The notes beneath the pieces were generated by a model, which was not told the DNA's origin, did no database searches, and saw only the letters and a list, made by a program, of their open reading frames with translations. The translations under genes and the position numbers were made by a program. A stretch of 64,000 nt of DNA from the human T2T-CHM13v2.0 reference genome, Homo sapiens. Shown piece after piece: positions 32,776 to 45,484 of this stretch (position 1 is its first letter; each line of letters begins with the position of its first letter). Location: NCBI GenBank assembly GCA_009914755.4, contig CP068257.2, positions 28,896,001 through 28,960,000 on the forward strand. Reading direction: 5' to 3'.

Positions 32776-34143
32776 TCCAGGAACCTCAAAGAATACAGGT
32801 TATTTTTGAACTTCATTTATACTGATTAAACTTATTTCCTTTACCAGTTTATTAAAAGTGCTACATAACTAGGTACTTAACATATTTCCATCCTGAGGGA
32901 ACTTTGCAAACTACAAGTTGAAGGGAATTATTAATGGTAAAGAATTGCTGTATTTGAATTTGCTTCAGTTAAGAAAATGTAGGTTCAATATAATTTTAGG
33001 TAATTTTTTAAAAAGACTATTATCTTTAGCACTTGTCACAATCCAGATAAAACCAGATATATTTGCTTGGTAGGGAAAATATTATTATCAGGAATAGAAG
33101 ATCCCAGAACCTCCAATCTAGGAATTATTTTCTAGGGTCCTCTGCTTTATTTGATTCCTAAAAGTGAAGCTAACACGTATGTGAACTTTGCCTGTCCACG
33201 AAGCATCAAGTCATCTGCCTCTTCTCATTCTCAGCTCACACGACCTCCCACTTGGCACTGATAGGACTAGACTGACCCCAGTCACCCTATGACTCACGCT
33301 GGTTTCTGTAGAGAAGAAACACTTTACCGTCTTTTATCTTTCTGAGATACTAGTGCATTCACATTTTAAGATTTTACCAAATATCAATATTAGGAACTTC
33401 TCTTATTCTTAAAACAATTCTTTATTTTTTTCTTTAATGAGCATGTATTTTACAAAATATATTCACATAAAAGTCAACATTATTATTCTGTGGTTGTGAA
33501 ACTACTGTGGAACAATCAAACCATCAAACGGAAACTTCATGAGGTAAGGAAAAAGACCCAATTCCCTCGTCATGTCTTTTAACTCAATAGACTGTGGACA
33601 TCAGACACTTTAATGAGGTCATGATACGTAGACTTTTCTTTCCTCATTATTGTACCCCCAATAATTGCAAAATGAGTGAAATAACCATCTAAAACCATCT
33701 AAAAGCTAGCACAGAGTATTTTCACTGGCAATCCAGAAAAAAACACATTTTTATGGATGATTCTTCCTGGAGAGTACACATGTAAATGATACATTAATTG
33801 GCAAAAAGCCAAATAAGATGATAGATTTTTTGTCTACACAATTTGTACTTTTATTTTAAAAGTAAACAAAGATAACAGATAATACTTACTGAGAGATTCA
33901 TATGGGCCAGGCAGCCCATATGAACACATATGACACCTTCCATATGTGTTATATTTAGTATAACGTATATTCAAGAGGTGTGTAGTAAAATTGTCTATCA
34001 AGGTGTTTGTTTAGTATACTAATATCTAAAATATACCTCTCCTTATGTTAATTAATTGCTCCTTGTATTCTCTTGACCAGTTTCCTAAATAGTTGCTAGT
34101 AATATTAAAGGTTCAAAAAAAGACACTGAAAAGTATTTATCTT

Positions 34144-34502
<359 letters not shown>

Positions 34503-37500
34503 CTAGAGATGATAAGATGTGTAAAAATTATGAACAATGCCACATTGTTATAGAAAAATACCTGACAAAATGGTCCAAGAGCTGCTTCATAGTTTCACAT
34601 TGTTTCTTTATTGCCATATACAATATCCAATAACATGTTTATTTTTGTGAATAAAATATGTTTCTATCCTTATCTAATCATTGCTGATGATTCAGGGTAC
34701 GGTAGGGAAGCTCTGTTTACCCAAGAAAGAATCAGAGTCTTTATAAAATGGAATTATTAAAGCCAAACACATTAAATTTCTATAAAGATTTTGTAAATAT
34801 CTAATATCTAATCTGCAGATAATTTTCTTGACACAATTCCAATTTTGATAATAATTGAAAAGGATAAAGACATGTCTTTTTATTACTAAATAGCTCTGTA
34901 AACATTTTGCTATAGGAAAATTAAATCATATTTTTATTCTTATATTGTGTAAGCTGATCGCTTCAGTTTAAGAGTCCTGTTAAATGTTTATATTCTTACT
35001 CTCACAGGTCTTACCATCACTGTGAAAATCATGCATATAATTTGCTAATGAATACTGAAATAAGGGCAAAAATTTCCACAATTGACACTGTTATTAATCA
35101 TTTATCTGTAGAGTATGTCGATACGTCTGGAAGGGAAACTAGATCTAGAGATGAAACAATGGATAGTAAATATCATTATAAAACTGATGGTATTGTCACA
35201 TACTTGCAGAACATAAGGAAATAAATTAATTATGCATTAGGGTAACAAAAGAGTGCAATTAGATAGATAGTTATAAGATAAACATTATAAGTTAAAGACT
35301 TTCATGCACTACTAAAAAAAGCCCTTCGTAAAATATAATTGAATAATAGCTTATTCCAATTTCAATAATGTCAAATAGAGCAATAGATTTAACAAGAAAT
35401 GTGCATGACATTGGTGCAGAAATTTTATGGAAGGATATAGATGACTTGAATGAATGAAGAATTATGACATTCATTTTATTGTATGAGAAGATAAAATACA
35501 GAAATGATACAATCCTTCCTATTTTAATTCAGAAATGTAATAGGATCCCAGTCAATATCACAGCATGATTTTTGGAAATTTACAAAAGTATCTTAATATT
35601 TATCTGATAAAAAGAAGATAATTTCCCACACAAAATATTAAAATATAGTTAAGCAGCATGGTGTAATTGTTAAAATTAGCAGCTTACTGAAATATAATAA
35701 AAATCCAATTTATTATTCTGTTTATATCCTTCATTTTTCTTAGAAATTTTATAAATATACAGAAGGAAATTAAATTTTTATATTTTGTTATATTCTTTTA
35801 TGTACAAGAAAAAATGTTAACTTTTGTTAAAATGTTGTTTCCTTATTGCTCCATCTGTTCTTTGAAAGTCTAGAAAAAATTAACTTAGAAAAGTTTATTG
35901 AGAATAGTTTTGTTGACTCAGAATTGCTTGTCTAATTAAGTTTATTCATTTCTTAGTGAAATATTTAAGACATTTTAATATGTTGGAGTAAAGTATGACT
36001 TTTCTTCAGATATTTTCAGTTTCTTAGCATGCAATCTGAATAATGTCCTACAATTTCAGGGGAAAAGTCTGTGGCCATTGTTATATCTTCTTGCTCATAT
36101 TTAATTTCATCACACACATATACACATTGCATCACAAGATTTATTTCTGTTTTCACAATTCCTCCCATCAACTGATCAATTTACCAATTCTGCCCTTATT
36201 CTATATATTAACACTTTAGTGTTTGCTTTAATTTTTATTATTTCATCTTTCTATGTACTTTATAGTTGCCTATTTGGCCTCATCCTAACTTGCAAGGTCC
36301 ACAAGCACATATCTCCAGTTTTGCTCTTTTAATTGTTACTGTAAAATGATTAACATATTTAAAGGCCTGCCCATGTTTTGCTTTATATGTTGAAATACAA
36401 CCTAGATTTTCATGTGCAGTGTTCTTATTTTCTTTATTTTATAAGTATTTTACTGTCTTAGGCTTTTTTCTTCTACTCATTACATAATTAAAATACATAT
36501 TTCGATATAATTTTTAGTAAACTAATCTCTAGTTTTATAGCATCGTGGGTTGGCAATGCAATGTTTGGTAAAGTATTGAAATTCTTCTGGATTGCAGACT
36601 ATGCTGTTTTTCTAAATATTGTACAAATTGTTGAAAAGACCTGTGATTAAGAACATTTCTGTTTTTCTACATCATCATTTGTCATTTTTATTTGACCTAT
36701 GTTTATTATTTTTATATAGTGTTTTCTTAAATTGATAGAAGTGTGATAAATTATTTAATATCTACTGTATTCCTCTTAAATTTGCTTATTTCTAATATTT
36801 GCTTTTCGATTATGTCAATCTATTTTTTGACTCACAGTTAATAATAGCTGTTGTAACCTTATTACTTGTAGCAGTCTTCTCAATGTATAATTAAAATTTG
36901 TACAATGTAATACTTTTAATTTATACTTTATTTCATAAGACTTTTGTTGCACTTGTTTTCAGCCTGCATTGCTTTTTATATCTTTCGCCAATTTTTTTTC
37001 TTGTTTTAACTATTTTTGTGTGTTTAAAGCAGATGACCACAATTGATATTTGGTGACCACAGTACAAATGGGTGAAAAATGTATTATTGGCTAGAGCTAA
37101 TACTAATTAGATAAATATTACATTCGGAGCAATAAAGTAATGATGCCTTAGGCAATGTCACAAAGTTCTGAAGCTTTTATGTTATTCAGTGAGTCAAATC
37201 ATTGCAAATTATGAATACTTGTCAGAAAAAATATATATCTATACAGCATTTTAAATATAATCTTGAGATCTGTATGAACACCAAAAATTCAAGGCACATA
37301 AAATTAAATGATGAAAATATTTAACAGCCTGCCCATATTTTGCTTTATATGTTGAAATCCAAACCTAAAAGCTAAGTTAGATGGCTTCATAGGCCAGGAA
37401 TCTTGATGCCTAGTGTGGGACATTGAAATTACTAGGATTGAGAAATTGAAGGATTTTTTTAACTAACTAGCAAAAACTAATAACCTTATTTTTCCAATTT

Positions 37501-38789
37501 TTCTTTACCCATAGATAAAAGGATGATAATCATTCTCATATATAGTTTAAGAGTCAACTCTTTGAGATACATTACTTCCGGAAAGAACTATGTAGATTAG
37601 CCATTTGAAAATCTAAGTCATTATTAGAAAGAAAATTGCTCTTATTGTTTGATGAGCTTAGGACTGGGATCTTAACTCTAGTAACAGCTCTAATTGGAAG
37701 TCTTGACTAGTTTCCTGGGCATACAGGACAAACAGTTCTTTTAACAGAGTCAAAATATTTGCTGATAAGGGGCCATCAAGGCTTTAGTGATGTTTTTGGC
37801 ATGTTGGAGTCACATTGAGGGACTCAAGTGTTTTTCAGGGCAAAGGTGACCTTAATAAAGCTGCAAATACTCCTGATAAACTTGGGATAATTAAATAAGT
37901 TGTCTTCTCCTGATGTCATTAAATATTCAGTTTACATAACTTCCTGTGTTCTGATTCTTTGCCAGGTACACAGCTTTCTGATTACTATGACATTCACCAC
38001 TCCTTACAGGAAAAGGGTAAGTTAATTATATTAAGTTTAAGCCCTTTGGCCACTCTGACAGTGATTTCTCAGGGTAAATTAATAAATTGGCCTCTGATTA
38101 TGATTTCATTTCTCATATAAAATAAAGATGACATGCTGATAAAATAGGCTTTGAGTATTTCCATTTCCCCGTGATAGTAATTTGTCTCTGTAAATTAATA
38201 AAATGATCTGATTATAATTTGGATTTCCATGTAGGTTAACTATAGGGATAATTCAAAAATCAAGCTAACGCAAATGTTATAGTTCCTGTAACAATGATTT
38301 CATGTTGTATATTAATGAATAGGCATTCTGTTTTATAGATGAGCCACTTTAACTTGTTAATGGCAGTCAGGCCCTGAGAGATGGAGTTGTTCTCAGTGTA
38401 CTGACTGAGCCATCTAACCAACCCTACAAGCTAAAGAGCTAGACTTTGGATAGGGATACATTTTTAAGCGTAACTAATGTTTTCCTAGGAGGCTCCTCCT
38501 AGAGATTTGACTTTTTCTTCTCTGGAGATTCTGGAAACGTCTCTCTGTTCCCCATGAGATAAGAATTAATTATGCAATGGAATTATTTTTGTCAACACAT
38601 ACCTGGGGCTAAATTCTGTATCAGTGGTATTCCAGAAAATATCCTTACCCAGCTCATTTCTTTAATGAATCTATTGAACAATGTTCTGGGCTATCCAAGA
38701 TACATAACCATGAAGATACAGGTGATCTGTTATTGCAGAGCCTTGTACATGCTTCACTGATGTGTCTCATTACCTGAGCTTCCATGCCA

Positions 38790-39615
38790 ACCACAGACTG
38801 CTTCTGCTCTTGTTATTACTAGTTTCTCCTTTAAAATGTTGATATGGGATGGGGGCAGGGAAGTGCTGGGTAGAGAAGGGTGGGGTCCCTGGCAAGAGCT
38901 GTGGTCCTGTGCCCGTGGACGTAAGTAAGAACGGGCACTCTTGTTTCCATGCCCAAATGTTGCATTTTTCAAGACCACTCTGGCCCATTATGACCCCCAC
39001 CCTGTGCCCATATAAACCTGAGACCTTAGCGGACACACACACAAGCAGCTGAACGTCAAGAGGAGTGGTGGAGAGCAGCAGAGAGCAGCCAGGCGATATG
39101 GCAGAGAAGGAAGGAAGACGTGCCTGAATGTCAAGAGGAGCTCGTCTAACAACAGCTGAACTGCCGGGAAAGATTATCTCCCCAACCCCTCCACCTTCCA
39201 GCTCCCCATCCATCTCACTGAGAGCCACCTCCATCACTCGATAAAACCTTGTACTCATCCTTCAAGCCTACGTGTGATGCAATTATTTCAAGATATGGGG
39301 CAAGAACTTAGGATACAGAAGGCTGTCACACTGCTCCTCTGCCCTTGTGATAAGGCAGAGGGTCCATTGAACTGATTAACACACAAGCCGCCTGCAGATG
39401 GCAAATCAGAAAGAGCTTTGTAACCCATGCCCATTTGGGCTTCTGGAGTTGCAGACACCCAGCCCTTGGCACTGCTATGGGGCCGGAGCCCAAAAGTTGT
39501 CACTCAGACTTCTGCACCTGTACCTCTGCATGCTCCCCCTTGGGGTTTGAGCAAGTCACACCCCTGTCACATGTCCTGTGAGGGGATTCAGGGAACTCTC
39601 CCATTTCAATATTTG
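38790..39615. mobile_element. GC-richer segment with LTR-like features (possible solo ERV LTR); family not recognised
   Basis: It is a local G+C rise in an AT-rich region. It carries a TATA-like motif (cccatataaacctgag), a poly(A)-signal-like motif (cactcgataaaaccttgtactcatcc) and a tggggcaagaacttagg motif downstream. The two track ORFs here are not credible. The call rests on general LTR architecture only. Confidence 0.25.
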
Positions 39616-40374
39616 TAGGTTAAATATCATATTTTACTCTGCAACTAGAAGTCTTTGTTTAATTTATGAAGCTTATTTATATCTGTCTTTGCCTCTTTTT
39701 AACCTCATAAACGAACCATCAGAACTACCTCGGTTTTTGCTTTACATATTTGAAAATTTTCCCTTGTTCTCTATTAATTAATTAGAAACATTTTATGCTG
39801 TAACCAGGACAATTACTCCCATGTTGGTATCCTGGTAGTCTAATTATGCTTAAGTAAATAATGAGATGGTTCACATTTAAACGGTGTCGTAAAATCAAAA
39901 TATAAACTGCATCAAAATCATTAGCGCAGTTGTTAATTTTGAGTTTTCTTTAAAAACAGGTTGGTTCAAAGTTCACAGTATTGGAGTATTACAAATGTAC
40001 TTATCATATTCTTAAAAGAGTTATATTCAGAGACTTTCATAAAATTCTACAGTTAATGTAACTGGCTGTTGAAGTACATGGCTTTCCAGTTAATGGCAAT
40101 ATCAGATTCCTCAATTTCTGGTACTCCTCTAGAAATTTAACTTCACATTTAGTGGGCTGAAATAGTTGTCTGAACTTAGAGAGAGAAACAAAATTTTACG
40201 GGATTCTTGAATGTGATGCTCCAACTTTTTTATGTAGAACATGTATTTTATGTTCTTTAAAATGTATCCTAAGATAAATTCAAAGTACCAGACTTAAATA
40301 TCTGTACTATAACATTTTTCTCCAACCACAATAGAATTTTACTTATTTGTCCTTATACCATTTGCCATTGTTGA

Positions 40375-40743
<369 letters not shown>

Positions 40744-40825
40744 TGCGATTTATTTTTGTAGTTACAGGGAGAATAATATCTGACTTCAAAGAGTTTGTAT
40801 TGTCACATCATGTTCTCTTTACTGT

Positions 40826-42265
40826 ATATATATATAAATTATATATAAATTATATAGAAATATATAAAGTATATATAAATTATATAGAAATATATAAAGT
40901 ATATATAAATTATATAGAAATATATAAAGTATATATAAATTATATAGAAATATATAAAGTATATATAAATTATATAGAAATATATAAAGTATATATAAAT
41001 TATATAGAAATATATAAAGTATATATAAATTATATAGAAATATATAAAGTATATATAAATTATATAGAAATATATAAAGTATATATAAATTATATAGAAA
41101 TATATAAAGTATATATAAATTATATAGAAATATATAAAGTATATATAAATTATATAGAAATATATAAATTATATAGAAATATATAAAGTATATATAAATT
41201 ATATAGAAATTATATATAAATATATAAAGTATATATAAATTATATAGAAATATATAAAGTATATATAAATTATATAGAAATATATAAAGTATATATAAAT
41301 TATATAGAAATATATAAAGTATATATAAATTATATAGAAATATATAAAGTATATATAAATTATATAGAAATATATAAAGTATATATAAATTATATAGAAA
41401 TATATAAAGTATATATAAATTATATAGAAATATATAAAGTATATATAAATTATATAGAAATATATAAATTATATAGAAATATATAAATTATATATAAATT
41501 ATATAGAAATATATAAATTATATATAAATTATATAGAAATATATAAATTATATATAAATTATATATAAATTATATATAAATATATAAAGTATATATAAAT
41601 TATATATAAATTATATATAAATATATAAAGTATATATAAATTATATAGAAATATATAAAGTATATATAAATTGTAGAGAAATATATAAAGTATATATAAA
41701 TTGTAGAGAAATATATAAAGTATATATAAATTATATAGAAATATATAAAGTATATATAAATTATATAGAAATATATAAAGTATATATAAATTATATAGAA
41801 ATATATAAAGTATATATAAATTATATAGAAATATATAAAGTATATATAAATTATATAGAAATATATAAAGTATATATAAATTATATAGAAATATATAAAG
41901 TATATATAAATTATATAGAAATATATAAAGTATATATAAATTATATAGAAATATATAAAGTATATAGAAATATATAAATTATATATAAATTATATAGAAA
42001 TATATAAATTATATATAAATTATATATAAATTATATATAAATATATAAAGTATATATAAATTATATAGAAATATATAAAGTATATATAAATTATATAGAA
42101 ATATATAAAGTATATATAAATTGTAGAGAAATATATAAAGTATATATAAATTATATAGAAATATATAAAGTATATATAAATTATATAGAAATATATAAAG
42201 TATATATAAATTATATAGAAATATATAAATTATATATATTATATACTGTATATATAATTTATACA
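40826..42265. repeat. AT-rich minisatellite (VNTR-like), ~1.45 kb, 30-bp unit tatataaattatatagaaatatataaagta, about 46-48 copies with variant blocks
   Basis: The tandem array is directly visible. The unit repeats perfectly for long stretches. Variant 20-bp units (tatataaattatatagaaa) occur at about 41450-41640 and 41980-42040. Units with a tgtagagaaa substitution occur at 41660-41720 and 42120-42140. Track ORFs 40800..41186 and 42009..42284 are artefacts of this repeat. Confidence 0.95.
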
Positions 42266-43959
42266 GCATATTAGGAATACTCATGGAATTATTTTTCCTC
42301 AGATCATAGGATTAAATGTTGAAATTCTGATGACATTTTGAAAATATATCAAAAGTTGGTCCTCTAATACAAAATACTATAAAATGAGCAAACCACAGTA
42401 GCTTTCGATTAAGTCATTCTCAAGTTTACTCATTCAGCATATATACATTGTGCATGTACTGAAAAGGGTCGTTTTAAGCTTTGGGGATACACTAATGAAA
42501 AAAAAAATGTCAAGAGAAAAAAGTCCCTTTCCTATGGACCATACGTTATTCCAGGTGAGAACAATAATATCAGATATTAAAGTACACGAAGAAAACAGCA
42601 AGCAGTGGGCTAGAAAGTGCAGCAAGGGAGTTAAAATTTTACAGAGTGGTCAGGGAAACCTCACAGAGAATGAAATTTTGAGACAACTGTCAGGAACACA
42701 GAGAAGAAAATTTTGAGACAACTGTCAGGAAAGATGAGAAAGCAAATTCTGTTGATATTTGAGAGAAGAGCTCTCCAGTTGGAAGGAAGAGCAAGCACTA
42801 AGACACTGATGGGAAGCATATGTCTGGCATATTCAGAATTAGCAGGGGGACAAAGGTGGTCAGAGGAATGGGCACTGGTAAGAGGTGAGGTCAAGGAAGT
42901 CCCATGGTGGAGGAGGGTGGCAGGAGGGGGTGGGGAAGAGTCTGCATAAATTGCCAGGCAAGTCTAGCTCTCCCTGTGGGTAGGCAACAATAGGTTTCAG
43001 CAACTGCCTATAAATAGACATGTGCTGACTGTTGAGAGATGAAGGTAATCTAGGAGCCATTGTGAACAACAACTAGGAAAGAGATCCAAGGAGATATGGG
43101 CGGAACTTTAAATGCATCTACTATGTGTAGTTTGAACAAAGACTCTTTGATGTTTGTAATGGTGTAATGGTGGAGGTGGCAAGAAGTGGTTGGATTCTTG
43201 GTGTATTTTGAAAGTACAGTCAATGTAACTTTTTGATGAGTTGGAAGTAGGCTTCAAGAGAAAGAGTCAAGAAAATCAAAAGTTTGGGGCCTGAATACCT
43301 AAAGATATGGAAATGTCATAAACTGATACGGCAAAAGGGTAAAAACAGCAAATTTTCATTAGAATAAAGATGAGAAGTTTAATTTTAGACATATTCAGCT
43401 TAAGATGACTCTAAGACATGTCGGATTTGTAGCGATAGATAGATACATGTCTCATTCTCAGGTGGGAGTCCTGGGCTGGAAAGGAGAAACACAATTCATA
43501 GGCACAGAGATATAGTTTTTTTTCATTAAGATGAAAGAGATCACTGAGATATGGGGGCTTTGTTTTATCAGTTAGATTTCTCAGACTAATAAACTCCCCA
43601 AAGGAAGAAAGTAAATGTTCCGTTTGATAAGATTAAGGAACAGTTGTTCTGATTGATTCCTGCCAACAATGAAAGTCCTGGTTATTGGTTTTCCTCGTGG
43701 ACTTGCTTTTATTCAGGCAGTTGGCGTGCTTACCTAGTATCGGCATCTGGCCTGGTAGACCACGGCCTTTTCTTTCTACTGTATCCCTTCGACTTTAAAG
43801 TAAGAAGAGCCTGATAGGTGCCCAGGATTTAATGAAGTTTTTAGGGTCTACTCACATTGAATGTCTTTAAGTTACAAGAACTCATTATGTTTTCTGTTTA
43901 CTTCCTGTCACTTCCTCCTGAGAAGCCTGTCACTTTTTCTCTTTCTTTTTACACTTGTA

Positions 43960-44000
43960 CACACACGCACATGCATGTACGCGCACACACACACACACAG
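43960..44000. repeat. Imperfect (CA)n
   Basis: cacacacgcacatgcatgtacgcgcacacacacacacacag. Confidence 0.85.
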
Positions 44001-44722
44001 TACCCATCTTCTTCATCTAGCTTCTACTCACTTCTATTCACCTACTTTTACTTCTATGCTTCTACTCATCTACTTATCTGTCAGAAATCACTCCTTCCAC
44101 TTCACCGTCTCATAATCAATGATCACAGGATATGTTATATGATTGTGAGAATAACAAATCTCAACTTGTATTGCCTAGTGGATTAACAGTATCCTCCCAC
44201 ATAGACTGTGTATCCAAGAGAAGAGAGACCATATCCACCTCGTACATCTGTACATTTCTGGTGTCTGGATGATAACTTTACACTGCAAGCAAGCATTCCG
44301 TAAATACTTGTGTAATTAAACTAAATTGACTTGGAAGTACCAATAATATCATCAGTCACGCAAAAACAAATATAAAAACATGGAAGCAAAATTATTGCAA
44401 TAAGCAAATGTAAATAAAGTCAAATTCACCTTCATAAGATCATATAATATTACATTTAAAAAAAACATGAATTTTCTCAAAAGAATAATTTAAGTGGAAA
44501 TATATGGACTTATTAAAATAGTATAATTGCAGAAAAATAGATAAAAAATTTGAAATTTCTCTCGCTCAATCCAGAACCTGCAGCTAATATTCTAAAGTCA
44601 TTTAAAATGTGGCTATGAGCTAACTTTTGATAACATTGATGGGACGAAGAACAGTGGAAAGAGAGCTAGCACTTCACAGGAAGGTGAGTCCAATGGGCTA
44701 AGTGGCTCTCAGGGTTGATTCC

Positions 44723-44841
44723 TCAGTAGAATCCATAGTATCTGCCACCGCAAGAAGAGTAGCAGCAACTGTAACAGTATCACAATACCCACAGCCATGC
44801 CCATAGCCCAGGCCACCATCACAGTTACCACAGTAGCACGT
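44723..44841 (-). pseudogene. Degenerate high Gly-Tyr KRTAP (KRTAP19/20-like) pseudogene: start codon lost plus frameshift
   Basis: The minus strand reads ttctgatacc-ACG-TGC TAC TGT GGT AAC TGT GAT GGT GGC CTG GGC TAT GGG CAT GGC TGT GGG TAT TGT ..., i.e. (T)CYCGNCDGGLGYGHGCGYC. ACG replaces ATG in the otherwise conserved ctgacaccATG context, and an in-frame TAA lies upstream. The C-terminal family motif ...YCYSCCYSSCGGRYYGFY* is in a different frame, with the stop TGA at 44723-44725. The locus length of 119 nt is not a multiple of 3. Confidence 0.55.
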
Positions 44842-45183
44842 GGTATCAGAAGTGGAGGATTAACTCCAAGACAGAAATTTGTTTCCTTAGTTTGAACATT
44901 ATCTCAGTAGTGGGTACAGCATCTTGGCCTTCTAATGTTTTGTTTGAATAACCCATTGTTTCTGAATTCTTCTCTGTTTCTTTCCTTTAAACAGTTCAAC
45001 ATGTTGACATTGTGTCACCCTGACACCTTAATATTATTATTATGTTATGACTTTGTTTATATTCTTTTCTCACGTAAAAATCTATGAGCTACTTCAGGGC
45101 ACAGATTCTATCTTATCCATCCCTATACCCCATTGCCTACCAAAGCATCTGGCACATAATAGGCACTTAAATATTTGCTCAAT

Positions 45184-45484
45184 GGGCTGAGTGTGGTGGT
45201 TCACACCTGCAATCCCAGCACTTTGGGAGGCTGAGGCAGGTGGATGCTTGAGGCCAGGAGTTCTAGACCAGCCTGGCCAACATGGCAAAACCTACCAAAA
45301 ATACAAAAACTAGCCAGCCATGGTGGTACACACCTGTAGTCCCAGCTACTTAGGAGGCTGAGGCACACGAATCGCTTGAACCCATGAGGCAGAAGTTGCA
45401 GTGAGCTGAGATCACGCCACAGCACTCCAGCCTCGGCGCCAGATTCAGACTCTGTCTCAAAAAATAAAAATAAAAATAAATAAA
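45184..45484 (+). mobile_element. Alu, plus orientation, with an (AAATA)n-like tail
   Basis: gggctgagtgtggtggttcacacctgcaatcccagcactttgggaggctgaggcaggtggatgcttgaggccaggagttc ... gactctgtctcaaaaaataaaaataaaaataaataaa. Confidence 0.9.

Noticed and set aside
33896-33945. Short palindrome catatgggccaggcagcccatatg followed by catatgacaccttccatatg
   Set aside because: It is only about 24 bp of imperfect dyad symmetry in unique AT-rich DNA. It is within chance expectation for 64 kb, with no associated feature.
38770-39258. Longest ORF in the track (162 aa, minus strand), plus overlapping 74-aa and 67-aa ORFs
   Set aside because: It lies in the GC-richer LTR-like segment. It has no recognisable domain and low-complexity Pro/Ser/Gly content. 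Overlapping ORFs on both strands are expected from GC-rich DNA, and it has no start context resembling the window's real genes.
40800-42284. ORFs 40800..41186 (+, 128 aa, IEIYKVYINY repeats) and 42009..42284 (-, 91 aa)
   Set aside because: These are pure read-through of the 30-bp AT-rich minisatellite. The periodic protein reflects only the DNA repeat.
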